NCBI GenBank assembly: GCA_030611385.1 | Contig: JAUWPV010000002.1 | Coordinates: 15,433-79,432 of the forward strand | Source: Bacillota bacterium | GTDB lineage: Bacteria > Bacillota > Dethiobacteria > DTU022 | Reading direction: 5' to 3' | DNA: 64,000 bases | In this document: positions 17,341 through 27,084 of the stretch, in pieces | Layout: each line of letters starts with the position of its first letter | Numbering within the stretch: the stretch's first letter is position 1 | The notes under the pieces: model-generated | Told to the model about the DNA's origin: nothing | Databases searched by the model: none | What the model saw: only the letters and a program-made list of their open reading frames with translations | Made by a program: the position numbers and the translations under genes

Positions 17341-19095
17341 TTATAGGTGCAGTTCCTTTTTCTTCGCTTCCGTTATTATACCGTTTTCATCCCAGCCACG
17401 CAGTTGATAGTAATCGGTAAGCATCTTCTCATATTCTTCACGCGGCAATAGCTTGCCTGCGGTGGTCCCAGTAGGGAGTTTCTCACTGAAGATCCGCTCA
17501 GGAAGATAGTCGTCTTTGCGGTTAAAACCTTCCCGCTCGTTGAAAAGCCGGGCCAGGTTGTAGGTACGTTCACCAATTGTGGTCAACTCTGTGGCGGTTA
17601 CTTCGCGCTCCAGGAGCAGGCTTAAGATCTCGGCCATACGCTCGGTACTCAGTGCCCAAAAATCGCAGAAGATAGCCGAAAATTTAACCGAATTATCATC
17701 CTGCATACCGATAACCAATTTGGCTTTGCCTTCACTGGTATAAGGGTCAATATCACCAAAAGCCTCGACAGCTGTTGGCCAGGCTCGCATATGGCAAGCG
17801 CCGCGGTCGGCAGTGCCGTAGGCCAGGCCCATCGCCCAGGAACCGCGCGGTTCATAACCGGGCATTTCCAACCCTTTAACCTGCATGGCAAAGTCCATGC
17901 CGCCATATTTTTCGGCCATAGCCCTGACTCCTGCTGCCAGCTCTGCTCCGACACCTTCTTTTCGGGCGATCAGCCCGGGCATTTCTAAATATTTATCTAC
18001 TTCGCCAAAATGAATTCCGAAGTCGTAAATTCCTTTTTCGGTTAGTTCCATAGCGAAGGCCACTGAGTTCCCTGCCGAGATAGTATCGAGGCAGTAATCA
18101 TCGCAGAGCCTGTTAAATTCAATAATTGCCTCGATATCGCCGATAGCACAATTGGATCCACACAGGGCCAGGGTTTCATATTCGGGGCCTTCTACCCGGG
18201 TGTCTCCTTTTTCAACATAGTTACTGCAGCCCAGTGGGCAGGCAAAGCAGGCTTTTTTCGCTTTCAGCACCCCTTTTACTGCATCAGAATTGATCTTTTT
18301 GTAGTCCTCGAATGTGCCTTCCTGAAAGTTACGGGTAGGCAGGATGCCGGAATCATGGCACAGGTCTACTAACATCGGGGTGCCGTCGCTGTAAGTCCAC
18401 ATGTTGTCATCAGTCATGGTGTCTTCGCGTTTGATTTTGTTCAAAGCTGCCGAAAATTTACGGATGTTCGGAATCTTGATTCCACCGGTTCCCCTGACTG
18501 CGATCGCTTTCAGATTTTTACTGCCCATAACAGCTCCGATACCACCCCGCCCGGCCTGGCGGTAAAGCTCTGAGCTGATGCAGGCCATCGGTAGCAGGTT
18601 TTCTCCGGCCTGGCCGATTACCATAGTGATAACATCCCCTAAGGTTTCAGCAATAATATGTTCGGTTTCATGAGCGCCTTTGCCCCAGAGGTCACCGGCG
18701 CTGCGCAATTCGACTTTCTCGTCCTCGATGTAAAGGTAAACCGGTGTTTTTGCTTTACCCTCAATGATTACGGCATCATAACCGGCGTATTTCAGCTCCG
18801 GGGCAAAGTACCCGCCAATGGAGCAATCGAGAATAGTACCGGTGGCCGGAGATTTGGCGGCGACTGCCAACTTACCGCTGTTCGGAACGATTGTACCGGT
18901 TGTCGGGCCGGTCATCAGGATCAGCTTGTTAGCCTCAGAGAGAGGATCTATCCCCGGTTCAAGTTCTTCATAGAGGTATTTAATGCTCAGACCCTTGCCC
19001 CCAAGGTAATCGCGAGCCCATTTCTCATTCAGCGGTTCTGGTTGTGCTTTTCCTGTAGAAAGATTCACTCTCAAAATCTTGCCTGTATAAGTCAT
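17341..19095 (-). CDS. aor: Aldehyde:ferredoxin oxidoreductase (tungsten-containing AOR family)
   Basis: About 585 aa. Start taken at MTYTGKILRVNLSTGK, preceded by GGAGGTGGAG. Family-typical motifs and Cys ligands (CDSG...C), the AOR N-domain and domains 2/3. Confidence 0.85.
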   Translation of the reverse strand: MTYTGKILRVNLSTGKAQPEPLNEKWARDYLGGKGLSIKYLYEELEPGIDPLSEANKLILMTGPTTGTIVPNSGKLAVAAKSPATGTILDCSIGGYFAPELKYAGYDAVIIEGKAKTPVYLYIEDEKVELRSAGDLWGKGAHETEHIIAETLGDVITMVIGQAGENLLPMACISSELYRQAGRGGIGAVMGSKNLKAIAVRGTGGIKIPNIRKFSAALNKIKREDTMTDDNMWTYSDGTPMLVDLCHDSGILPTRNFQEGTFEDYKKINSDAVKGVLKAKKACFACPLGCSNYVEKGDTRVEGPEYETLALCGSNCAIGDIEAIIEFNRLCDDYCLDTISAGNSVAFAMELTEKGIYDFGIHFGEVDKYLEMPGLIARKEGVGAELAAGVRAMAEKYGGMDFAMQVKGLEMPGYEPRGSWAMGLAYGTADRGACHMRAWPTAVEAFGDIDPYTSEGKAKLVIGMQDDNSVKFSAIFCDFWALSTERMAEILSLLLEREVTATELTTIGERTYNLARLFNEREGFNRKDDYLPERIFSEKLPTGTTAGKLLPREEYEKMLTDYYQLRGWDENGIITEAKKKELHL

Positions 19096-19487
19096 TATCG
19101 CTCCACCTCCGCAAAGATCAGTGCTTCTGTCGGGCACCAGTTAGCGCAACTGTGGCATTGGACACAAACACCAATACCCGTTTCTTTATTTACAATAACC
19201 TGGTTGGGGCAGATGTCAACGCAGATATCGCAATCAGTGCAGAGATCTTCTAAAAACGAAAGGCGCCCCTGCTTTTCTATGATCGCATCAACCGGGCATG
19301 CTTCGACGCATTTAAGGCAAAGATCGCAGGTTTGTCCTCCTACTACCAGCCCGTTGCGATCATAGCGCGAAGTTATTTTTAAACGGGCCAGGCGGGGGTT
19401 GAACTCTTCTTCATTCTGTGCGCTGCAGGCCAGGTGGCAGAGCTTGCAGCCTATGCATTTTTCAGCATGAAAAAACAATGCTTTCAA
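19095..19487 (-). CDS. Poly-[4Fe-4S] ferredoxin (four CxxCxxCxxxCP-type clusters)
   Basis: 130 aa with 16 Cys arranged in ferredoxin motifs. Its stop overlaps the AOR start (TAATG). Confidence 0.7.
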   Translation of the reverse strand: MKALFFHAEKCIGCKLCHLACSAQNEEEFNPRLARLKITSRYDRNGLVVGGQTCDLCLKCVEACPVDAIIEKQGRLSFLEDLCTDCDICVDICPNQVIVNKETGIGVCVQCHSCANWCPTEALIFAEVER

Positions 19488-19550
19488 AAAAATCCTCTCC
19501 TTTCTAATGATTATTTTTCTTCCACTTCATACTATATATTTTAACATAAA

Positions 19551-20897
19551 CTATCCCACCAGATTCTTGACGATCTCTCTGAAAACCTCCGTGTGACGAT
19601 TAATATCCTCAACCGTTGTCTGAGGCGAAATTAATGCCATGTTGTGAAATGGTGTCATCAGGATGCCTCGGTTTAAGGTCGCCAGGTGCATATAGCTATC
19701 CAGTTCCGGATCTACCGCTTCAGCTGCTTCGCTACCGTTGCGGGCAGGTTCAGGGCGAAACCAGTATTCGGCACGGCAGCCTAGCTGGGTAACATTCCAG
19801 GGTCGCCCAAACTCTTTAATTACCTCCTCAACACCGGCAACAAACCTCTCGGCCAGGGGAATGGTGATTTCGTAGGCCTCCGTGGTTAAAACATTTTCCA
19901 GGGTCGCCCGCATTGCCGCTATGGATAACGCATTTCCGGCCAGAGTTCCCCCGATACCACCCGTATCCGAATCTTCCACGGTGGTCAATTCCGTTATACG
20001 CCGGGCAATGTCTTCGGAACAACCATAAACGGCGGCAGGGATGCCGCTGGCGATCGGTTTGCCCAGGGTAAACATATCAGGTTCTAGCCCGTGCAGGGCA
20101 GTATAGCCACCCGGGCCTGCGCAGATGGTGTGGGTTTCATCGATGATCAGGATTGTTCCGGTTTTCCTGGTCAATTCGCGTAAGATCAGATGATAGCCCG
20201 GATCGGGATGGATAATTCCAATGTTGGTCATTACCGGCTCAGCCAGCACGCAGGCGACATCTTCATCCTGAAGAGCCTTTTCCAGCGCTTCTGTATCATT
20301 GAATTCGATAACTTTGGTCGTAACAGCAGGGTCGACCGGTGGCCCGAGATTGCCCTGCCTGGGAGTAACCCTACCGTCTTGGTGAAGTGTAATAAAAGAT
20401 TCGTCGACCGTACCGTGATAGCACCAGTTATAGACTAATATTTTGCTGCGGCCGGTAATGTGGCGGGCAAGGCGGATGGAGAAGCGATTAGCATCAGTTG
20501 CAGTAAGGGCAAATTGCCAGTAAGGAAGGCCAAAGCGCCTCTGCAGTTCAGTCCCGAGAAGAAGGACCTCTTCGGTAGGTAACATAAATGTGGTGCCCCT
20601 GCAAACCCGATCGACAATGGCGCCGATCGATTGATCGGGAGCATGACCGGTCATCGCCCCGGTATCTCCCAGGCACAAGTCCAGGTAGCGGTGGCCGTCG
20701 ACATCGGTGAAATATGATCTCTTGGCTGCCTCGACAAATACCGGAAAGCCACCAGCCCACTTAACCATCCAGTTCATCGGTACTCCACCGAGCAGGCTTT
20801 TCCCGGCCTTTTCGAATAAAGCCCGTGAGCGCGGATGCCGCTCGATGAAATTCCGGCGCTCACAGTCCAGGAGCTGTATTACTTTTTCTTTTTCCAA
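19551..20897 (-). CDS. Class-III (fold-type I) PLP aminotransferase, GSA-aminomutase/omega-transaminase-like
   Basis: 448 aa. AT-III family conservation across the length, including the conserved lysine-region motif. Confidence 0.65.
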   Translation of the reverse strand: MEKEKVIQLLDCERRNFIERHPRSRALFEKAGKSLLGGVPMNWMVKWAGGFPVFVEAAKRSYFTDVDGHRYLDLCLGDTGAMTGHAPDQSIGAIVDRVCRGTTFMLPTEEVLLLGTELQRRFGLPYWQFALTATDANRFSIRLARHITGRSKILVYNWCYHGTVDESFITLHQDGRVTPRQGNLGPPVDPAVTTKVIEFNDTEALEKALQDEDVACVLAEPVMTNIGIIHPDPGYHLILRELTRKTGTILIIDETHTICAGPGGYTALHGLEPDMFTLGKPIASGIPAAVYGCSEDIARRITELTTVEDSDTGGIGGTLAGNALSIAAMRATLENVLTTEAYEITIPLAERFVAGVEEVIKEFGRPWNVTQLGCRAEYWFRPEPARNGSEAAEAVDPELDSYMHLATLNRGILMTPFHNMALISPQTTVEDINRHTEVFREIVKNLVG

Positions 20898-20974
20898 GTA
20901 GGCCTGCCTCCTTTATTTATTCCCTGTCTGTAAAAGAACCATTAAAAGCCTTTAAACAGGTTTTTCGGCAATCT

Positions 20975-21017
20975 AAAAAACAAGGGTGGAGCGGTTAAAT
21001 CTCATTATCGCTCCACC
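20975..21017 (-). terminator. Rho-independent terminator of the symporter gene (GGGTGGAGCG-loop-CGCTCCACCC with a T-run on the minus strand)
   Basis: 10-bp perfect stem. On the plus strand it reads A6 followed by the hairpin. Confidence 0.65.
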
Positions 21018-21036
21018 CAATACTCAACTAATTAGT

Positions 21037-22641
21037 TTAAACATTGCTTTTCTTGTTAAAACCCCATCCGATCCAGTTTACCAACTTCATCGGTTTTCCA
21101 GCCATGTCAGCCAGAGGTTTAGCCGGGTCGCTCTTGCTGGTCAGATAGGAAGTTACTATCATCATGATAATCGAGATGAAGAAGGCTGGTACAGAGGCGA
21201 TATAGACGGCGTCCCATATGGCCCACTCGGTAAAGACCACCCCTTCTTCGATGATCCCGATATTAGCTGCTGCGGTTTCGGCAAAGTAATAGTAGTAGCT
21301 CAAAACTACCCATGAGGCAAAGCCGCTGATTAGAGCGACCAAAGCCCCGGTTTCATTACACTTTTTCCAAAAGTAGCCCGCAGCATAAGGGGCAAACACT
21401 CCCACCAGGATAATAGACCAGGCAATAACTACCAAGAAATAGATGGTTTCGGCATAAAGCGCCAGCAATAGGGAACTGATGGCTATAATCGGAACAAAGA
21501 GCCGGGTTGCTTTTAAAGTCTCCTTGGAAGTTGCCCCGGGCTTGATATATTTTAGTCCGTTGTAGCCGATGATCGAAGCAGCGGCCAGCAGGGCGCTATC
21601 CGAGCTGGACATAAGCGCTGCCACCAGAGCCGCTACAAAAACCACGGTCAGAACTGGAGGCAGAAAGTTGATTGCCAGCCAGGGCAAAATCATCTCGGTT
21701 TCAGGAATAGCCAGATCGGCACTAATTTGGAACATAACAATACCTAATATTACCGGAATCATCCCGATCACCAGGTAAAGGCCCCCGGCCACATAGGAAC
21801 TGATCACCGCTACCTTCTCATCCTTGGCTGAAAGCACTCTTTGCATCAGGTCCTGGGCTGGTATGCTTCCCAGGCCGATGGCAAACCATGCGCCGATGTA
21901 ATAGAACCAAGCGGGCACCCCGAAATACCAGAGATAACCCTCTTCTGCAGTCGGCAGCATGGCGAAGCTGGGTATTTCAGCCCAGTTGCCGGCGTTGGCA
22001 AAAAAGGCTTCCCACCCACCGATATGATTGATGGCATAGGGTAACATAACTACAACCCCCACAATCAGCACAACCATCTGGACCACGTCGGTAAGGGTTA
22101 CTGACCACATGCCGCCTAAATAAGTATAAAGAATTAAAACCGCACAGGAGATCAAAATGCCGTAAGCTAAGGGCAGGCCGGTGAAAATCTGCAAAATCAC
22201 CCCGAAAGCAACCAACTGGGCCCCCACCCAGCCGATCTCGGCGATCACCAGGACAACAGAAGCAGCGATACCCATTTTTTTGCCATAGCGAATATCGAAA
22301 AAATCAATCAGGGTAAGGTAGCCACCCCGCCGCATCAGGCGGGCAAATAAAAGGCCGGTCAATATCAGGCATAACGCTGCCCCCCAGGGATCGAAGATAA
22401 CTCCCTGGTTTCCAAAAAGATAGGCCTGGGCGGTCGCTCCCATGAGGGTGCCGGCACAAAACCAGGTGGCAAAAAGGGTGCCAATGGTGAAAAAAAGCGG
22501 CAGCTTTCTGCCAGCCACGATGTAGTCGGTACTGTTTTTTATTTTTTTTGAACTCCACCAACCGATACCTAACATTACCAGCATATAAATAATTATACCG
22601 ACTAAAACCATATTACCGTATTTGTAAATACCTATTTCCAT
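21037..22641 (-). CDS. Sodium:solute symporter family (SSF) transporter
   Basis: 534 aa, about 13 TM helices, with SSF-typical glycine-rich helices. Confidence 0.75.
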   Translation of the reverse strand: MEIGIYKYGNMVLVGIIIYMLVMLGIGWWSSKKIKNSTDYIVAGRKLPLFFTIGTLFATWFCAGTLMGATAQAYLFGNQGVIFDPWGAALCLILTGLLFARLMRRGGYLTLIDFFDIRYGKKMGIAASVVLVIAEIGWVGAQLVAFGVILQIFTGLPLAYGILISCAVLILYTYLGGMWSVTLTDVVQMVVLIVGVVVMLPYAINHIGGWEAFFANAGNWAEIPSFAMLPTAEEGYLWYFGVPAWFYYIGAWFAIGLGSIPAQDLMQRVLSAKDEKVAVISSYVAGGLYLVIGMIPVILGIVMFQISADLAIPETEMILPWLAINFLPPVLTVVFVAALVAALMSSSDSALLAAASIIGYNGLKYIKPGATSKETLKATRLFVPIIAISSLLLALYAETIYFLVVIAWSIILVGVFAPYAAGYFWKKCNETGALVALISGFASWVVLSYYYYFAETAAANIGIIEEGVVFTEWAIWDAVYIASVPAFFISIIMMIVTSYLTSKSDPAKPLADMAGKPMKLVNWIGWGFNKKSNV

Positions 22642-23050
22642 TACCTTTAAGCCTCCTTAGTTAATTAAGAATCAATACAGTAACGGGACCCGACAGCTCA
22701 CAGAGAATATAAACTCACCCCCACTCAATGATTTAGTGCACATCAATATTACAAATATTCAGTTTAATTCCGCATTCTCCTGCCTGGATAGGCCGGTTTT
22801 TTAAATAAATCTGTTTCCGGATCTATTGTACAGTTGAAATGAAAGCGTACATACCTTTGTCGGTGGGTATTCTTTGAAGGTTCTTAAGCATGTCTTTCTG
22901 AGGATTTTGTCCTTTTCCGGAGTTCTAAGGTTCATTGTGCCCGCGCACATTTTATTACGATGAAATATTCAAGATAGCACGCGGGAAAGCAGCGCAGCGG
23001 CAACCATGGTTAGCCCGGTAAACTGGTCATCTTTCGACAGAGGCTGTTCT
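22642..23050 (-). promoter_or_regulatory. Unusually long (409 nt) 5' leader/intergenic region upstream of the SSF symporter; possible cis-regulatory RNA of unidentified class
   Basis: No ORF. The symporter has its own terminator, and the leader contains several inverted repeats. It did not match the L-box, glycine or other riboswitch consensus I could recall. Confidence 0.25.
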
Positions 23051-24280
23051 TTACTTGGAATTGTCGAGATTAAAGGTTTTGTGGATTGCTCTGACCGCCA
23101 GCTCCCCATATTTTTCTTCGATTACACAGGATATACGGTATTCGGAAGTGCTGATCATCTCAATGTTAATATTTTCGGACGAGAGCGACTTAAACATGTG
23201 TGCGGCAATGCCCGGATTGGTTTTAATGCCAATACCCACCGCGGATACTTTGACAATGTTGTTATCGGCAAGCACTTCGAGAGCGCCAATTTCACTGGCC
23301 ACTTCATTAATAAGTTTGCTGGCCTTATCTAAATCAGTTGTTGGGATGGTAAAGGTAAAGTCGGCGAAGCCGTCAATACTGGCATTCTGGATAATCATAT
23401 CGACATTTATAGCTGCATCGGCGAGAGGGGACAAAATTTTATAAGCTATGCCCGGGCGGTCAAGGACGCGAATTAAAGATATTTTAGATACATTTTTTTC
23501 CAGGGTAACCCCTTTTATAATTGCGTTTTCCATAAGGTCCTCCTCGTTTACGATCCAGGTTTGTCTTTCGCTTCCGGTTGATGATCTAACTACTAACGGA
23601 ACCTGGTATTTTTGAGCAAGTTCAACCGCGCGCGCATGCAGCACTTTTGCCCCAAGCCCGGCCAGTTCGAGCATTTCAAGATAGGATATTATTTCCAGAT
23701 GGCGGGATCGGGGACAGATATTAGGGTCTGCCGTGTATACTCCATCGACGTCAGTGTAAATTTCACAGCGGTCTGCCTTCAGTGCTGCGGCGATGGAAAC
23801 TGCTGTTGTATCGGAGCCACCGCGCCCCAAGGTGGTAATACTGCCGTCTTCAGTTACTCCCTGGAAACCGGCCACGACCGGGATGATATCTTCATTGATC
23901 GTTTGCTGTAAAACAGCAGTCGGCAGATCGAGGATGCGCGCCCTGGTATGCACATTATCGGTCACCAGAGGAAGCTGGAGACCGATAAATGATTTTGCTT
24001 TATAACCAATGCTCTCAAGGGCAATAGCCAGTAAAGCTGCGCAGGCCTGTTCTCCTGTTGCTACCAGGGCATCCTGCTCCCGCTCCGAAGGATTTGCGGT
24101 AATCTCTGTTGCCATATTTAGTAGCTGATCGGTCTGGCCATTCATCGCTGAAACGACCACGACAACCTGGTTACCTTTATCCTTGGTTAAGGCCACTTTT
24201 ATCGCAACCCTCTGGATATGATCAACAGTAGCTACTGAAGTGCCACCGTATTTTTGAATGATCAAGGCCATCATCATCAC
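23051..24280 (-). CDS. lysC: Aspartate kinase (monofunctional, with C-terminal ACT domains)
   Basis: N-terminal KYGGTSV kinase motif and C-terminal tandem ACT domains. The start may lie at one of the first four in-frame GTG/ATG codons. Confidence 0.85.
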   Translation of the reverse strand: MMMMALIIQKYGGTSVATVDHIQRVAIKVALTKDKGNQVVVVVSAMNGQTDQLLNMATEITANPSEREQDALVATGEQACAALLAIALESIGYKAKSFIGLQLPLVTDNVHTRARILDLPTAVLQQTINEDIIPVVAGFQGVTEDGSITTLGRGGSDTTAVSIAAALKADRCEIYTDVDGVYTADPNICPRSRHLEIISYLEMLELAGLGAKVLHARAVELAQKYQVPLVVRSSTGSERQTWIVNEEDLMENAIIKGVTLEKNVSKISLIRVLDRPGIAYKILSPLADAAINVDMIIQNASIDGFADFTFTIPTTDLDKASKLINEVASEIGALEVLADNNIVKVSAVGIGIKTNPGIAAHMFKSLSSENINIEMISTSEYRISCVIEEKYGELAVRAIHKTFNLDNSK

Positions 24281-24368
24281 ATACCTTTACAATAAAAAAG
24301 CGCCTGTATAAAATAGATGTCCTTATTCTCTCATATTTAGAGCGGTGGCACAATAAATTAATTCCAGA

Positions 24369-25499
24369 TTACTTCAGCATCTCTATAAATGCCTGCAATC
24401 TGGTCTGAATTGCTCCGGCCGGTTCAAAGCTGTAATTATCGTCGATAAGCAGCATCGGAAAACCTTCTTTTTTCAGGTAATCCCGCAGGTCGGGATAATC
24501 AAACTTATGCGGGTCACAGAAAGAGATACTGTAACCGACTACACCATCGACCCTGTATTCACGGGCTCTCTGAAGCAGATAATCAAAGCGTTTTATGCCG
24601 GGCCCGCGGTCGGTACGGGGGCATTGAAAAGTGACAAAATAATGTTCAGTCAGTCCGTCGCGGGTGTCTTCAGTTAGCGGCACATCTTTTTCCCAAACCC
24701 GAAAACCGATGCATGTATCGTCGGCAACGACTTTACCACCCGCTTCCTCAATCATCCGATAGAGGGCCGGGTCGTCCATAATGCTGCCCCAGACCAATAT
24801 ACGGGGCGCCTTCGGCCCATCTGGTTTACGCTTTATTACGTCGTTAGTAGTTTTTTCGAGTAAAACTGTGAAATCTTCAGCAGGAAGAGTTCCTCCGGCA
24901 ATCAGCAGGTTTAGCATTTCACTGCCCTCAATAAGCGGCAGGGATTCTTTGCGTAGTTCGTATAGTTTGCGAACCAGAAAGCGGTTGTGGTTATATTTGA
25001 CAATTATATTTTTTAATTCCGGTATGGTTACTTGATGTCCGGTAAACTTTTCCAGGCTTTCCTGAAAAAAGCCCAATTCACGTTTGTAAAACCGCTGAGC
25101 CCATGGGCTGATCTGGTGTGGAACATTAAATAGATAGGAATAGGGAAGAGGGTGGCTGTAAGTCCAGATTCCGTAGAGACGCTGAACCATGTCGCAGCTG
25201 TGAGAGATGATCAAACCATCCAGAAAATCCAGCTTACCATCAACAGCGCGGGCGAGAATGTTGCGCACATATGTGCAACCGTACGGTTCAACATAGGCAT
25301 CTGCGGCCGATGTATCCATTCCGGGTTGTCCGGTGATCCTGTAGGGAATGGCGCCGGCGGCGCTGATTATCTCCGGCGGGGCAAAACAGCACAAATAGCC
25401 GATTACCGGTTTGCCGGTTTCTGCTTTAATCCGGCGGACATTTTGTTCATTTTCTTCTGCAGCCTTGTTCAACAAACCTGTATTATTTCTGACGGTCAT
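24369..25499 (-). CDS. 2-Hydroxyacyl-CoA dehydratase / benzoyl-CoA reductase BcrC/BadD/HgdB-family subunit
   Basis: Start at MTVRNNTGLL, overlapping the upstream partner by 17 nt. Conserved Cys residues and family-wide similarity. Confidence 0.6.
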   Translation of the reverse strand: MTVRNNTGLLNKAAEENEQNVRRIKAETGKPVIGYLCCFAPPEIISAAGAIPYRITGQPGMDTSAADAYVEPYGCTYVRNILARAVDGKLDFLDGLIISHSCDMVQRLYGIWTYSHPLPYSYLFNVPHQISPWAQRFYKRELGFFQESLEKFTGHQVTIPELKNIIVKYNHNRFLVRKLYELRKESLPLIEGSEMLNLLIAGGTLPAEDFTVLLEKTTNDVIKRKPDGPKAPRILVWGSIMDDPALYRMIEEAGGKVVADDTCIGFRVWEKDVPLTEDTRDGLTEHYFVTFQCPRTDRGPGIKRFDYLLQRAREYRVDGVVGYSISFCDPHKFDYPDLRDYLKKEGFPMLLIDDNYSFEPAGAIQTRLQAFIEMLK

Positions 25500-26838
25500 T
25501 GATATTTCCCCCTCTGCCCGTTTTGTCCATCGTTTCCAGAAATGCATGCAGTCTGGTCTTGATTTGGGCATCCGACCAGAGGCGGGGATCAGCCATATCA
25601 CTTTCGAAGATTAGAGAGGGCACGCCAATTTTTCCCAATCTGTTCTTGGTATGGACTTCGCCGAATGAAACAGCACGGCAGGAACGGGTCAGGTGCATTA
25701 CGGCGCCAGTCAGGCTATATTCTCCGACCAGTTCTTCAAGCAGGTTGCTGCCTGAAAAACCGCCAAACACGGCTGGATTGCAGAGTTCAGGCATTGTTTC
25801 GGCGCCGTATTCGTGCATTTTTACCGCTCTTTGCCAGGTGCGTCTGACGATTGCTTCCAGGGGATCGCTCAAATCAACCTCAAAGTAGTCACCGACATTA
25901 TATGTTGATTCATAGGCAAAGACAGCACCCAGGGATTCCAGGTAATTAAAGATACCCATGTTAAACCAGGGAGGCAGTCCGAACCAGATCAGGCGATATT
26001 TTTCCTCTTCGACGATACCAACCCCACGCTCAACCCGATCTTTAACTTCTTCGTAAATTTCCCGGTAAAAATCGACAGCTTCCTGGTCCCCGACCAGGTA
26101 CATCTGAGGGATAATGGCGTGGAAATAATCGGTTGAACCCATCGGTGTTGGCACTGCTTTACGTAAAGCCAGGGTATCCCGCCAGTAAGCCAGGGCTTCA
26201 TGAGAGAGGGCCATTATTTCCCGCAGCCGATTCAGGTCAAGTTTTTTGCCGGTATGCTTTTCAATAAAAGAGATCTGTCCGGCCAGGTCTTCACGCAGTA
26301 AAGTAAGGTAATGGTTTTCAATATGTGGATCATGCGGGTCAATATCCCATGGCGGAGCCAATGGATCGCTGCTATATACGGGTACGTCAAAGAAACGGGT
26401 AGCGATGGACTGAAACCATTTCCAACGCGGATCACAGATAAAACCTGAGCCGAGCAGCATTGCCGGTGTACCCATGCCGCCGGGCAGTGGCGATTCCGGC
26501 GGCGCCTCCCCGGTTTCTTTGAAAAGTTTACAGTAACCCATCGTATTGGTTACATACGAACAGAGTTCCGGCGAATAACCATCGCCTTCGGCAACCTCGA
26601 TAAAACGAGGGGCAACCAGTCGGCTGGCGCACATCGTACCGAAGTTTTCCGGCCATTCAAAAAGCAGATCAAAAGCTTTCAATAGTTCCGGTGGCACACC
26701 GACCATACACCAGGCCAGGGGCTCATTGCTGAATCTTCTTTCCATCATGCGCATAAAAAAGCGGGGCAGCATTTCTTTCATTCGGCTGGTTGTCTCCAGA
26801 TGACGTTTCGCCCGGCTCATTTCACTATGTGACATCAC
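25483..26838 (-). CDS. 2-Hydroxyacyl-CoA dehydratase HgdA/HadB-family subunit
   Basis: 451 aa. Dehydratase alpha-type motifs (CDPRWKWF, conserved Cys). Paired with the adjacent subunit; no activator ATPase gene nearby. Confidence 0.6.
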   Translation of the reverse strand: MMSHSEMSRAKRHLETTSRMKEMLPRFFMRMMERRFSNEPLAWCMVGVPPELLKAFDLLFEWPENFGTMCASRLVAPRFIEVAEGDGYSPELCSYVTNTMGYCKLFKETGEAPPESPLPGGMGTPAMLLGSGFICDPRWKWFQSIATRFFDVPVYSSDPLAPPWDIDPHDPHIENHYLTLLREDLAGQISFIEKHTGKKLDLNRLREIMALSHEALAYWRDTLALRKAVPTPMGSTDYFHAIIPQMYLVGDQEAVDFYREIYEEVKDRVERGVGIVEEEKYRLIWFGLPPWFNMGIFNYLESLGAVFAYESTYNVGDYFEVDLSDPLEAIVRRTWQRAVKMHEYGAETMPELCNPAVFGGFSGSNLLEELVGEYSLTGAVMHLTRSCRAVSFGEVHTKNRLGKIGVPSLIFESDMADPRLWSDAQIKTRLHAFLETMDKTGRGGNINDRQK

Positions 26839-27084
26839 TAAACCTCCTGTTATTTCACCAAATTAACATTTTAAAATGATATTTCTTGAAAACGTGTCCC
26901 TAATCCTGCTGTTCACCCAAAAAATACAGAAGTAGGTGATCAGCTGCGTTGACAGCCGAGAATCTACATGCTACTTTATTACTGCTTGCAGAAAAAGGAG
27001 TGAGAATAGGGAGAATAGTGAATTAGCTAAAGCTGAATAAATAAAAGTATTCCCTAAAATTTCAGAGAGATGAGGGTATTAACA

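Noticed and set aside
18658-19365. 235-aa plus-strand ORF
   Set aside because: Antisense across the AOR and ferredoxin genes, which have strong family signatures.
22642-23050. Lysine (L-box) or glycine riboswitch in the leader between lysC and the symporter
   Set aside because: The leader belongs to the symporter rather than lysC (which lies 5' of it on the same strand), and the GAGGCGC/L-box and GGAGAG...CACCG glycine consensus blocks are absent.
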